Assembly: GCA_052327205.1 (NCBI GenBank)
Contig: CM126215.1
Location: forward strand, 20,584,001-20,648,000
Reading direction: 5' to 3'
Source: Somniosus microcephalus
Taxonomy: Eukaryota
DNA length: 64,000 nucleotides
Position numbers and translations under genes: made by a program. This document shows, in pieces, positions 1 to 13,116 of the stretch. The notes below the pieces were generated by a model, which had not been told where the DNA came from, made no database searches, and worked only from the letters and a program-made list of their open reading frames with translations. Every line of letters begins with the position of its first letter. Position 1 is the first letter of the stretch.

Positions 1-483
1 GTTATTCTTCTAGTTGCAAGTTGGTGGTAACTTCTGATGTCTTCAGATTGGACATTTCATCATTTTGCTGACAGCCTAAGATCAACAGGTTGCTGGCAAA
101 GTTTAGGAAACTCTTGGTTTGCAGATGACTCTCTCCAGATCAATACCTTTATTCCACACTTGTATTTCTGCATTCTAAAGGAATACTGCAAACCCAGAGG
201 AAATGGGACCAGACATCAAAACCTGCAAACACAGTAAAAAAAAAACAACTGTCTCAAACAGTCATGGTGCAAGGGAACATCATGAGACCCAACCCACCAG
301 AAGGCACTTAATCTCCTGGGGCAGGCATAACAAAAAGCACACAAAAAAAGCCCAGCCCAAGTCGGGGAATAAAAGGTCCGGGAATTTCTCATCTGTTCCT
401 GAAGGCAATAAAGACAAGTTCCAGGAGACCACTCTGACCATGAAACACCTCGCCCAATACCTCACTTACTCTTTGTATGCTGC

Positions 484-768
484 ATAGAAGATAGGAGCAG
501 GAGTAGGCCATTCGGCCCCTCGAGCCTGCTCCGCCATTCAATGAGATCATGGCTGATCATCCAAACGCAGTACCCTATCCCTGCTTTCTCCCCATATCCC
601 TTGATCCCTTTAGCCTTAAGAAATATATCTAACTCCTTCTTGAATATATTTAATGAATTGGCCTCAACTGCTTTGTGTGGTAGAGAATTCCACAGATTCA
701 CCACTCTCTGGGTGAAGAAATTCCTCCTCATCTCAGTCCTAAATGGCTTACCCCTTATCTTTAGACTG
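484..768 (-). mobile_element. CR1 LINE 3' end fragment (shark HER1-like family)
   Basis: Minus ORF 462..731 reads RRNFFTQRVVNLWNSLP...KKELDIFLKAKGIKGYG, the CR1 ORF2 C-terminus. The same 3' UTR/tail recurs at ~27150, ~32100 and ~49170. Confidence 0.9.
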
Positions 769-789
769 CAATATCAGACACAGCCATAA

Positions 790-1420
790 AATCTCATCCA
801 TCTCCCTTTTGAATACTTGTAGCAAATCCGCACTCACTGCCCAACACATCTTGTTTTCAAGATCAATGATCCCCCTGAAAAGAAAAATGTGATATCTAAC
901 ATATTTAACTTCTACACATGTCCCCGGTTCACCCTAATCCATCCAATTCAAAGAGTCTATCCACATGGACACAGTTCATTCCCTTCATTATTTTATAAAC
1001 CTCAATTAAATATCTCGAGTCTATGCTTTTCTAGCGTGAAAGGACCCAGGTCTCTAAGCCTACAGTGATAACTAAGGACTTTTAAGCTAGGTGTCAATCA
1101 AGTGGCCCTCTTTTTGTTTAGGGCCTCTCACCCATCAAATGAAGGGACTAAAACTGAACACTGTATTCTAATCAAGGTCTTGTACAAGGACAGTATAGTG
1201 CTTTCTGTTTCATATTGGATCATCTTAGCAATATATCCTAATACTGTGTTTGCTATAGCTTCACAGCACTAGTCATGAATCTTTAAAAATTCAGGTACTA
1301 TAACAGCTAGGTCTCATTCTCACTCAACAGACCTTGGTTCATAACCCTGCATTGTATACACATGGTTAGCATTAGCACTACCTACATCCATACTACATTT
1401 ATCTATATTAAATAGCATCC
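790..1420 (-). mobile_element. Old, degenerate CR1-like LINE fragment
   Basis: Patchy nucleotide similarity to the younger CR1 copies (e.g. aaactgaacactgtattc...aaggtcttgtacaa vs 27681-27730); no ORF. Confidence 0.5.
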
Positions 1421-1474
1421 AATTGTAAACCAAAGCATCTCTAGCAATATTTTCCCTTCCCACCCCTGCACGGT

Positions 1475-1830
1475 TGCCCTGGAGTCTCCCAAGGATCTAT
1501 TCTTGGCCTCCTCCTATTCCTCATTGGTGACATCCGAGGTCCGCTTCAGAACACCCCACCCTCCCTCACCACCACCTCTCTCGACCCCTCCACTGCCTCT
1601 TTATTGCCAGATTGGTTGTCTGACATCCAGTCTTGGATGAGTCGTAATTTCCTCCAGTTAAACATCCATAAGACCAAAGCTGTCCTCTTCAGCCCCTGCC
1701 ACAAACACTTGCCACAGACACTCTTTCCCCCTCCATGGTCACAGTCTCAGTTTGAACTAGACTGTTCGCAACCTTGGTGTCCTGTTTGACCTGAAGCTGG
1801 GCTTTCGACCCCATATCGTCTCCGTCACCA
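1475..1830 (+). mobile_element. L2-type LINE RT fragment
   Basis: ORF 1604..1789 reads LSDIQSWMSRNFLQLN.KT, a typical L2 RT motif; a degenerate PQGSILG motif lies near 1482-1510. Confidence 0.7.
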
Positions 1831-1831
1831 T

Positions 1832-2590
1832 TGCATTTATATCGTGCCTTTCACAACCTCAGGATCACCGCTAATGAAGTACAGGTAGACTACCCTTTAT
1901 CCGAACTTCTGAAAACCGAAACCCTCTAAAAACCGAAGGTTTTTTCGTTCAGCGTAAGTCGTGCGCACGACCCCCCGCCGACCCCGACCCTCGCCGACCC
2001 CCCCCCCGCGGACCGACCCCGACCCCCACCGACTTACGCCGTGCGCACGACCCCCCGTGGACCCCCCCCGCCGACCCCCGACCCCCCCCCCCCCCCGCGG
2101 ACCCCCCCGCCGGCCCCGACCCCCCCCCCCGCCGACCCACCTTCCGAAATCCGAAATTCTCCGAAAACCGAAACACGGCTGGTCACGAGGTTTTCGGATA
2201 AAGGATAGTCTACCTGTACTTCGAAGTGTACTGTTGTAACGTAAGAAACGTGGCAACCAATTTGTGCAGCGCAAATTCCCAGAAATAGCAATGAGATAAA
2301 TGACCAGATAATCTGTTTTGGGCAGTGTTGGGCGAGAGATAAATATTGCCCAGGGCACTTTGCCCTCCTTCGAGCCATGCCATGGGATCTATTGGGCCCA
2401 CCTGAGAGGGCAGATAGGGCCTCGGTTTAACATCTCATCTGAAAGAAGGCACTTGTGACAGTACCTCACTCCCTCGCTACTGCACTAGGGTGTCCGCCTA
2501 GATTATGTGCTCCAGTTTCTGGACTGGGGCTTGAACCCACGACCTTTTGACCGCGATGCATGAGTGCTACTTCTGAGTCAATGCTGACAC
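1832..2590 (-). mobile_element. tRNA-derived DeuSINE (SacSINE1/AmnSINE1-like), interrupted by a MITE
   Basis: Reverse complement of the SINE at 55518-55970, split by the insertion at 1882-2216. Confidence 0.8.
1882..2216. mobile_element. Tc1/mariner (pogo/Tigger-like) MITE
   Basis: ~24-bp TIRs CAGGTAGACTA(C/T)CCTTTATCCGAA; TA duplication at 1880-1881 and 2217-2218; C-run-rich interior. Confidence 0.85.
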
Positions 2591-3696
2591 GCAAGGCCTT
2601 CCTTACAGCTCCTCTCTTTAACCTACCCCTCCTAATGGCTCCTTTTTACATAGACCCAGATTCTGTGTAATCTCTAATCTTCTAAGTGTAAAATGCTAAA
2701 TTTACTGCTTCAGATTTAGTGAAAGAAAAATAATATTGGAAAAAATACTAGCGTAATTAACAGTTTTTTCACCTCTCTTGTTTAGGAACTGTGGTGATGT
2801 TTTTGAAATTGCCATCTGAGTTTGTAATTACAACTGTTAATTGTTTTGTTGTAAACATTCACTTGAAAGCAGGTACAGAAGAAATTAGTTCAGAACTCTA
2901 GGTTTAAAAAAATTAGGAATATTGTAGAGATTAAGCTTTAGAGTGAAACAAAATGACATTGAATGTGGATGTTAAAAAGGTAGTAAATTAATTGTCATTT
3001 GTATTAGAACTCCAATCCTTGTGAATTTCCCCCCCCCCCCCCCTGTTTTCCTGTGAATCAAATTTGAAATGGTTTTGTGGGGAACAGATTGCTCCTCTCC
3101 CTGTATTTGTGTTCTATTGTAATTACCTGGGTTGGGGGGGGGGGGGGGGAATAATTCAGCCAAAGCCTGTGAAACTTGGAGGATTGCAGTACTGTTCATT
3201 GGTTTGTAAGAGGAGTTAACAATTGGAAAACAAGTACATTCTTGATGTGCGATGAAGAAACTGCTAATGTGCATTGATGCATTTTTAGATTTGGTACTTA
3301 AGTGATACTGCAAAGTGTGCTTTTATATACAGATAGATACCAGCTGATTTTCCAAGGTTGTGGGTTCAAGTCCCACTTTAGAGACTTGGGCGCGCAGTCT
3401 GGGCTGATGATCAGTACAGCGCTGGGGGAGCGGTCTATTGCTGGAGGTGCTGTGTTTTTGATGAGACGTTAAACGTCTGCCTGTTTGGGTGGATGTGGGG
3501 GATCCCATGATGCTGTTGGTGAAGAGCAATGCCAACACCATCAATATCTTGGGGTTCACCATTGACCAGAAGCTGAACTAGAACAGACATATCGACACTG
3601 TGACTACTAGAGTAGGGCAGAGGCAGGGTACTCTGACCAGTGGCTTACCTCTTGACCCCTCAAAGCCTCTATTCACTACAAGGCTTGTCAGTAAGT

Positions 3697-5495
3697 AAAA
3701 TCAAGGAAAACCCAAAGGTGTTTTATAAAGAGCAAGAGGATTACTAAGGAAAGAGTAAGGCCTATTAGAGACCAAAAAGGTAACCAGTGTGTGGAGGCGG
3801 AAGATGTGGGTATGGTTCTTAATGAATACTTTGCTCATTGTGTCTGTCTTCACAGAAGAGAGGGACGATGCAGACATTGTAGTTAAGGAGGAGGAATGTG
3901 AAATATTAGATAAGATAAACATAGTGAGAGGGAACATTAAGGGGTTTAGCATCTTTGAAAGTAGATAAATCGCCAGGCCCGGATGAATTGTATCCCAGGC
4001 TGTTGAGCAAAGCAAGGGGCAAAATAGCGGAGACTCTGGCCATCATTTTCCAATCCTCTCTGGCTACAGGTGCGGTGCTGAAGGACTGGAGAACTGCTAA
4101 CATTGTACTGTTCAAAAAGGGCGAAAGGGATAGACCAAGTAATTATAGGCCAGTCAGCCTAACCTTGGTGGGCAAATTATTGGAAAAAATTCTGAGGGAC
4201 TGTAATCGTTATTTAGAAAGGCACAAATTAATCAAGGACAGTCAGCATGGATTTTTTAAGGGAAGGTCGTGTCTGACTAACTTGATTTTTTTTTGAGGAG
4301 GGTTGATGAGGGTAGTGCATTTGATGTAGTCTATATGGATTTTAGCAAGGCTTTTGACAAGGTCCCACATGGCAGACTGGTCAGAAAAGTAAAAGCCCAT
4401 GGGATCCAAGGGAAAGTGGCAAGTTGGATCCAAAATTGGCTCAGTGGCAGGAAGCAAAGGGTAATGGTCGATGGGTGTTTTTGTGACTGGAAAGCTGTTT
4501 CCAGTGGGGTTCCGCAGGTCTCGGTACTGGTCCCTTGCTTTTTGTGGAATATATCAATGATTTTAGACTTCAAAGTAGGGGGCATGATTAAGAAGTTTGC
4601 AGATGATACAAAAATTGGCCGTGTGGTTGATGGTGAGGAAGGTAGCTGTAGACTGCAGGAAGATATCAATGGACTGGTCAGGTGGGCAGAAAAGTGGCAA
4701 ATGGAATTCAATCTGGAGATGTGTGAGGTAATGCATTTGGGGAGGGCTAACAAGGCAAGGGAATACACAATAAATGGTAGAATACTGAAGTGTAGAGGAA
4801 CAGAGACACCTTGGAGTTCATGTCCACAGATCCCTGAAGGTAACAGGACAGGTAGATAAGGTGGTTAAGAAGGCATATGGGATACTTTCCTTTATTAGCT
4901 GAGGCACAGATAATAAGAGCAGGGAGTTTATGCTAAAACTGTATAAAACACTAGTAAGGCCACAGCTAGAGCACTGCGTACAGTTCTGGTCAGCACATTA
5001 CAGGAAAGATGTGATTGCATTAGAGAGGGTACAGAGGAGATTTATGAGGATGTTGCCAGGACTGGAGAATTCTAGCTGAGGAAAGATTCTATATGCTGGG
5101 GTTGTTTTCTTTGGAGCAGAGGAGACTGAGGGGACACTTGATTGAGGTATATAAAATTATGAGGGGCCTAGATAGAGTGGATAGGAAGGACCTATTTCCC
5201 TTAGCAGAGCGGTCAATAACCAGGGCCATAGTTTTAAAGTAATTGGTAGAAGGATTAGAGGGGAGTTGGAGAACATGGTGGGTGTCTGGAACTCACTGCC
5301 TGAAAAGGTGGTAGAGACAGAAACCCTCATCACATTTAAAAAGTACTTGACTATGCAGTTGAAGTGCCGTAACCTACAAGGCTACGGACCAAGAGCAGGA
5401 AAGTGGGATTAGGCCGGGTGGCTCTTTTTTGGCCGGCACAGACACGATGGGCCGAATGGCCTCCTTCTGTGCCGTAAATGTCTGATTCTATGATT
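3697..5495 (+). mobile_element. 5'-truncated CR1 LINE with frameshifted RT
   Basis: ORFs 3955..4296 and 4293..4859 carry KSPGPD, NYRPVSLT, QHGF, DFSKAFDKVPH, GVPQ and FADDTK; ends in a ttctatgat-type tail. Confidence 0.92.
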
Positions 5496-5744
5496 TGCTG
5501 ACTAATGTGGGATTCAACAGGCTTTGGCCAAATTAAGTCAACGGACCAGGATTGGCAAATGGATTTTAATATGCGTTCTACTTAATTTGATCCACCTAGT
5601 TTAAAATATTTTCTTTAAACCATGGTGATTTCTATTTTCAAATAGTGTCAAATTTTGTTTGATAACGCTCCTGTGAAGCACCTTGGGATGTTTTACTATG
5701 TTAAATGTGATCTATAAATGCAGATTGTTGCATTGCTAAATAAT

Positions 5745-6509
5745 GGGCCGTATTTTCCGATGCCTACGGGTGGGTACGCGCTGTGTACACACCCGTAGGG
5801 ACATCGGAAATGCCGGTTTCAGGCATGCACTAAAAACCGGTATTTCCGATCTGTCAAGAATGCTCTTGACAGATCGGACACCTGCCCTGGAGAAGGGCCT
5901 CTGCGGGGGGAGAGTTCCGCTTTCTGGAGAACCTCCGCCTACAGAAAACCCTTAGAAATCTTACACCTGGTAAAAGCAGGCGTAAGGCCTGCTTTTACCA
6001 GCATAAGAGTTTGGGGGGAAAAAAAAATTTTTTAAATTTTTTTTTTCCCACTCATTATAATTTAAAAATACTTTTTTAAAAAAGGTAAGTTTATTTTTAG
6101 CCCTGTAAAAAAAACTTAAATTTTTTCAAAATTAAATTTTTGTTTAAAATATTTAATTTATTGTAATTTTAACTCATTTTTAAAAATGTGATGGTTTTTT
6201 AGAAATTTATTTAATGTTTTACTGTGTTTTTGGGGTGTTCTCCTTCATATATTTGACAGATCTATCTGTCAAGTGTATGAAGGAAGATTTCCTTCTGCTA
6301 TTGGCTCCCCATGGCCCACGTGATCCCAGGGACGCTTGCGAACTGCCTGCACCTCTGGGATACCTGGACCCTGCCGATTTTCGAGTTTGGAGAGGCCCAG
6401 GAGCGAATCTGTCTGGACCTCGGGAGCCCTCAGGTAAGTTCGTAGATTTTTTTTTTTCCAGATCGGAGGCCTCTGCATGCAGGAAGCCTCCGATCGGAAA
6501 ATACGGCCC
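5745..6509. mobile_element. PIF/Harbinger-like MITE
   Basis: Perfect 17-bp TIRs GGGCCGTATTTTCCGAT (5745-5761 / 6493-6509), flanked by AAT/ATT; internal TGACAG-containing palindromes. Superfamily inferred from the GGGC ends and 3-bp target duplication. Confidence 0.75.
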
Positions 6510-7739
6510 ATTATGAACCACAAGAACAAAAGTCCAATGCTTCTAACATCTTACAAATATGTCATGTATTTAAGGAAAATGGAAGGAGCAAATCATAATT
6601 ATAAGATCATGTACTTGTCCAAAGAGTTGCACAGTGAGCATTTTGACGCTTGACTCAAACAAATGGAACATTTTCAGCTTTCTGTGTGCATGTTTATTTT
6701 AAAAATAATAGTTACTAGGGGAAACTAAGTTCATATTCTAACACACTACTTGTTAAACAGCAGTGTGAAAGATGGTGGTATAGATGTAGCTTTGAGAGTA
6801 ATTGGTTTTTGACTGTTCTAGTGCTGTTATGACTATGCAAACTTTTGTGCTTTAAGAATTTATATTCGGTGTATCTTTTCTCTGTAGCATCCTGATACTT
6901 TGAGTGAGATTGCAAATTTTTTTGGGCACGTTCAGTGCTACCACTAACACGGTTTTGGATGCTGAATGATACTACTACTGATGTAGCTTAGACCAAGGCT
7001 TGGTGATTCCGTTCGGGTGCTGTGCCACTCAATGTGCAGCTTTCAAAGAGCAAACCTTTCAAAAACTGAGTCCTGTCCCGAAAGAGACCAGAGTCCAACA
7101 ACAGGACACATCTTTGAAACAATAAAGAGGTGGACTGTTCCTTGTAGCAACTTGGCACATGCAGTGGCCATTTCTTCGTGGCACTCAAAAGAAAAAGTCA
7201 GTATTAAATTGTGGATAAAGGAAAAACTTTAACATTTCAGATATAACCTTCTTCAGAACTGGAACATTTTACAAATGAACAGCTTATATGAAGGAGTAGA
7301 ACAAGGGGAAAGAGGGTAGCGGAACAAAAACACACACACACACTTAGTTGGAGAATAGAAGATGGGTAATGACAAGTGTTAATAGTGTAAGATAAAAGGA
7401 GACTTGATGAGAGGAATTGGAGAAATAAAAGACATATGAGACCCAGAGAATGCGTGACTAGTTAAAGCAGGATTGCTAATCAAGAGGGGAGCAGGAAAAC
7501 CTGGCAAATTAAAGCAGGTTCCAGCAGCCCAGGAGTCCGTCAAAAGAAAAAATGCAGTTTGATACCAGGGGTGCAGACCACCCGGCCGGCAGTGTACCGA
7601 TGGGAATCTCCAACCCACGCACCAACCTGCTCCCACCCCATCTCCAGAAGCACTAGTACATCCATCCATATTACCAGCACCTCCTGTCGGAGAAAATGGA
7701 AACCGTGGTTAAGGTCTGAAGTTTAAAAAAAAAAAAAAA

Positions 7740-8127
7740 TCATTCTCGGGGTGTGGGCATCGCTGGCAAAGCCGGCATTTATTGCCCATCCCTAGTTGTC
7801 CTTGAGAAGGTGCTGGTGGGCCTTCTTGAACCGTTGCAGTCCTTGTGGTGAAGGTACTCCTACAATGCTGTTGGGTGGGGAGTTCCAGGATTTTAACCCA
7901 GTGATGATGAAGGAACGGTGATGCATGTCCAAGTTGGAATGGTTTGTGAATGAGGGAAACTTGGAGGTGATGGTGTTCCCCTGCACTTGCTGCCCTTGTC
8001 CTTCTAGTCAGTGGAGGTTGCAGGTTTGGGAGGGGTTGCCAAAGAAGCCTTGGCAACTTGCTGCAATGCATCTTGTAGAGAGTGTACACTACAGCCACAG
8101 CACACTAGTGGTGGAGTGAGTGGATGT
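7740..8127 (-). mobile_element. 3' end of a second CR1/L2-group LINE family
   Basis: Minus-strand peptide YKMHCSKLPRLL; the same sequence occurs at ~13120, ~35080, ~59630 and ~60940. Confidence 0.8.
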
Positions 8128-9235
8128 TAGAATCATAGAATGGTTACAGCATAGAAAAACCATTTGGCCCGTCGAACCCTTGCTGGCCCTCTGCAAGAGC
8201 ACGTCAGCTAGTCCCACTCCATCACCCTTTCCCCGTAGCCCTGCAAATATTTTTCCTTCAGGTACTTATCCAATGCCCTTTTGAAAGCCACGATTTAATC
8301 TGCCTCCACTACGCTTTCAGGCAGTACATTCCAGATAATAACCACTCGCTGTAGAAAAAAAGTTTTCCCTCATGTTGCCTTTGGTTCGTCTGCCAATCAC
8401 CTTAAATTTGTATCCTCTGCTTCTTGACCCTTCCACCAATGGGAGCAGTTTCCCTCTATCTACCCTGTCTAGACCCCTCATGATTTTGAGCACCTCTATC
8501 AAATCTCCTCTCAACCTTCTCGGCTCTAAGGAGAAAAACCCCAGCTTCTCTAGTCTAGCCACGTAACTAAAGTCCCTCGTCACTGGAACCATTCTTGTAA
8601 ATCTTTTCTACATCCTCTCTAAGGCCTTCACAGCCTTCCTAAAGTGCGGTGCCCAGAATTGGACACAATACTCCAGTTGCGGCCGAATCAGTGTTTTATA
8701 AAGGTTCATCATAACTTCCTTGCTTTTGTACTCTATGCCTCTACTTATGAAGCCCAGGATCCCGTATGCTTTTTTAACTGCTTTCACAATCTGCCCTGCC
8801 ACCTTCAACGATTTGTGCACATATACCCCCAGGTCTCTGTTCCTGCACCTCTCCTTTAGAATTGTACCCTTTAGTTTATATTGCCTCTCCTCGTTCTTCC
8901 TACTGACATGTATCACTCAATTTTGCCCCAGATTATCGTTTCTAAAAGCTTCCCCACCACCAAGGTTAAACTGACTAGCCTGTAGTTGATGGGTTTATCC
9001 TTGCACCCTTTTTTTGAACAAGCATGTAACACTTGCAATTTTCCAGTCCACGAAGGAGGATTGGAAGATCATGGTCAGTACCTCTGCAATTTCCACCTTC
9101 ACTTCCCTTGGCATCCTTGAATGCATCCCATCTGGTCCTGGTGACTTCTCTACTTTAAGTACAGCCAGCCTTTTTAGCACTTCCTCTATCAATTTTTAGC
9201 CCATCCCATATCTCCACTACCTCCCCTTTCACTAT
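8128..9235 (-). mobile_element. CR1 LINE fragment with internal deletion
   Basis: Minus ORFs 8317..8592, 8608..8916 (RPQLEYCVQFWAPH) and 8995..9192 (KSPGPDG); tagaatcatagaat tail. Confidence 0.88.
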
Positions 9236-9239
9236 ATTT

Positions 9240-9990
9240 AAGTCTGAAGTTGCTGAAATCAGTGTTCAGGCCAGAGGGTCACAATGTGCTTAATAGAAAG
9301 ATGAGAAGCTGCTCCTTGAGCTTCCGTTGAGTTTTATTGGAACAGCGAGGAAGGCCAAGGACAGAGAGGTCAAAGTGGGAGTAGGATGGAGAATTAAATT
9401 GAACTAGTGACAGTAGCTCAGGCTCGCACATGTAGACAGAATGGAGGTATCCAGCAAAGTGATCACCTAATCAACGTTTGGCCTCCCTGATCTAGAGGAG
9501 GCCACATGAGCAGTGTACAATGTTCCCTGTAATTTTTTGGGGGGCCCTTTAATGGGCTGCACGGCCCATTTAAAACACTGCACATCCGTGGTTTTCCCAT
9601 TTAGAAGCCAGCTGCGCGGGACCTTCAGAGCGCTGTGTGGCCACGTAGCTTAAGGGAACATTAGCAGCGTATACTCGGCTTGAGGACGTACAAGTAAATT
9701 GCCGTCTCATCCAGAAGGACTGTTTGGAGCTCTGGATGATGCTGCTCTCACATGGGAAGGTCTTGGGGAAGGAGAGCAGGTGTTGGGGGTGAGGAAGAGT
9801 GGAGAAGGTGCCATGGTGGGAATGGTCCCATTGGAATAATGAAAGGAGAGGGAGGGACAGATATGTTTGGTAGAGGGATCATGTTGGAGGGGGCAGAAAT
9901 AGTGGAAGATGATCTGTCAAATGCGGAGACTGGTGAGGACAGGGGAGGTTATCGCACTTCTGGGAGGGGTTAGAGAGCTGGGGGTGAGGG
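9240..9990 (-). mobile_element. Penelope-like element remnant (GIY-YIG C-terminal region)
   Basis: Minus strand of ~9250-9330 reads QRKLKEQLLIFLLSTL*PSGLNTDFS, resembling the conserved PLE endonuclease C-terminus; degenerate. Confidence 0.6.
9518..9663. mobile_element. Small hAT-type MITE inserted in the Penelope remnant
   Basis: TIRs AATGTTCCCT / AGGGAACATT; 8-bp target duplication gcagtgta / gcagcgta (1 mismatch). Confidence 0.7.
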
Positions 9991-11361
9991 CAGAGGTGTG
10001 GGGAAATGGGATGGAATTTGCACCAGCCATTTGGTATTTAGCCATTCTTCACCTGAGCCAAGGCACTATTCTCCCATGGAGAGCATCACAGCTGACCTTG
10101 ATTCTGACTTTGCCTGACATTTGCGTACATGCAGTTTCCAACACAAGCGAGTGGTTGGTGATCTGGAGTGAAAGCCTTAGCTGGCATGTTTTTCTCCCTC
10201 CCTCGCTCAAGGGTGTCGAGGCCAATCGCAGTGCCACTACTGCTGCTGCTCCCTCTGTGATAAACTACTTGGTACAAATTGGGGAATTGAACCTTTCACC
10301 TTGTAGTTTGCACAGCTCAGTCTCGCACCGAGTAGTACATTACTCACTGAGCTATTAGGCGAGTTACTTTAAAAAACTTTTTTGTTTTGTTTTGTGCATT
10401 CACCTGAAGTTGGTGTGGTTGAAAGAATGCCAAGTATTGTTTGGGCGTTTTCCACTCTGGTCACCTCTGTTGAGTGCAGAGATCAGCAATTGGAAAGCAA
10501 AGTCAAAATGGATTAAATTTTTTAGTAAGAGTTGAATTAAATAAACTTTTTTGTGATGATGGACCAAAACACATTTGGGAAAAGTTAAATGTTGCCACTT
10601 CTGATTGCATGTCAACAAGTTTATGAAAATTAAATTATTTTGAAATCCATTAACTTGACATAGACCTTGGGGTAGAACCTGGAACCCTCTGACCTAGAGG
10701 GTTCAGTACAATATGGCATCGTGCATTTACTCCATTTGTGTTGCTTTAATATACAGCTGAGTGGTGATCTTTGCTGGAAAGTGTTTTGATGACACACAAT
10801 AGACATAGTTTGCAAATATAATTTACCACCAATTAGAATTTGATACTGCTCAAAGTAAACTCCTATTTTAGCAATTCTTTAATCGGATTTAAAACTGTTA
10901 AAGGTCAAGAAAATGTTTTAACCTCGGAAACTATCCAGTAAACTGTAGGGTAAATGGCTAAACTTGTTGTTTGGAGACCAGTAACTCAAATAATTGCATG
11001 TGTGCTGATAATGGTATAATATACAAACAGTCTGTATTGGAAGGCCTTCGGAATGAGCCACTGACCTGAGAGAGACAGAACAAGTTGATCATACCAGAAG
11101 TGGAAAATTTGAGAGGCAATAGCTTAACTTGTGGCCTGAAAATTGCACACTGTATTTATTTTAAGTTCAGGCATGTAAATAAACTTTTTAAAAACTTGAG
11201 GAATCTTTGCAGCTGTTGGTTGTTTAGTGATGTCAATGGGCAAAAAAAAAATGAAGGAGTTGCCTCAGTGGCTTGTTAGAGCTGTGAGCAGCTAAGCCAA
11301 TCTCATCAAAAAATCCCAGGTTATGTTGTGTTAGCTGGTTTGAGCCAAGGCAGCAGTTATA

Positions 11362-12552
11362 GGAACAGCAGTAGGCCATTCAGCACCTTGAGCCTTTTTC
11401 TACCATTGAATTAGATCATGGCTGATCTGTACCTCAACCCCACTTATCCGCCTTTGAACCATATCCCTTGATACCCTTACCTAACAATAATCTGCCTATC
11501 TCCGTCTTGAAAGCTTCAATTGACCCAGCATCCACAGCCTTTTGGGGGAGTGAATTTCAGATTTCCACTACCTTTCTTGTGGAAAAAGTGCTTCCTGATT
11601 TCACTCCTGAACGGCCTCGCTCTAATTTTAAGATTGTGCCCCCTTGTTCTGGATTCCCCACTAGAGGAAAACGTTTCTCTGTACCTACTCTATTGAATCC
11701 TTTTATCATTTTAAGCACCTCACAACCGTCTAAACTCAAGGGAATACAAGCCAAGCTTATGCAACCTGTCCTCATAATTTAACCCTTTTAGCCCTGGTAT
11801 CGTTCTGGTGAATCTGCACTGTTAACCCTTCAAGACCAGTATATCCTTTTGAGGTGTGGTATGCAAAACTGAACGCAGTACTCCAGATGGGATCTGAACA
11901 ACGCTCTGTACAACAGAAGCATAACTTCCTCTCCTCTGTTTCCCAATCCCTTGAGATAAAGACCAACATACCATTAGCATTTTTGATTACTTTTTGTACC
12001 TGTGCACTAGTTTTTAGTGATTTGTTTACCTGGACAATTAAATCCTTTTTGCTCCTCCACAACTCTTGGTCAACCACATTAAGTAAGTATTCTGATTTTG
12101 TTTTTCTTGGATCCAAAGTGATTACCTCACACTTTGGGGGGAAAAAGGCAGATGGAGTTCACTCACTTAATTTGTCTGTCTCTTTGTAACTTCCTGCTCC
12201 CATCTACACAACTTATTGTGCCTCCTAACTTCGTGTCATCTGCAAACTTTGATAAACCACTCTATAATCCTTCACCCAAGTTATTGGTCTATATGGTGAA
12301 AAGCTGAGGCTCCAGTACAGATCTCTAGGGAACACCACATGTCGCGTCCTGCCAATCAGAGTACATTCCCTTTATCCTTATTCTCTGTCTCTTGCCTCCC
12401 AACCAATTAACAACCCATGTCACAAGCTTACCTCCAATTCCGTGCGCCCTCATTTTTGTTTATAATCTCTTGCGTGGAACTTTATCAAATGCCTTTTGGA
12501 AGTCCATATCGACAACAGCCATAGACACTCCCCTATCCATGATGTTAGTGAC
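11362..12552 (-). mobile_element. Degenerate CR1 LINE fragment
   Basis: Minus-strand CR1 motifs: DFQKAFDKVP near 12475-12505, FADD near 12230-12250, ORFs 11557..11775 and 11772..12116. Confidence 0.85.
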
Positions 12553-13116
12553 ATGTTGTGACAGTACAATTGGCTTTTGGGTTAGGGCGACAAATATCTG
12601 GCAAGGTTTTCACTCCTGATTGTTTTCTAGTGACAATTGTGGGAAGCACGTATCTACGTATGTTGGCTGAGTACAGGGTGGGGCTTGTGATTTGAATAAT
12701 CTGGCAGTACTCGCTGTATTGGGTTACGTATGGGGCATGGTCAGCTGGGCAAGGAATGAGAAGGAGCCTGTGAAACCCTAACCCAGCAAGGAATTATTGG
12801 CTTTGTGGAAGGCAGAAAGAGGATATCACTGATGTTAGGATCCCTGCTTCAATGGAGGGTACTTTTGCCAAATGTGGATTGCCTGAATTATTAGGGGCCT
12901 GAACCCATTTGCAGCTCTGGCAAGCTGCCCAGCCAGCTGGTGAAAATAGCATCATAGATGTAATGTACAACTATATCCAGGGGCGGCCACCACTAGGCTG
13001 AATGGTACTCACGTTGGATCTGCCTCAAACTCACTCTCCAGTATACAAGTGACTGCCCCTTATCCATGCTCTTTTTATTCTCTTGACACAATGAACAATG
13101 TCCAAGTTTTTAAAAA

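Noticed and set aside
1897-2378. Gly/Pro/Arg-rich ORFs
   Set aside because: Artefacts of the C-run interior of a MITE.
2785-2872. Possible host exon (pyrimidine tract + AG ... GTACAG)
   Set aside because: Weak donor site and no recognisable REPS peptide.
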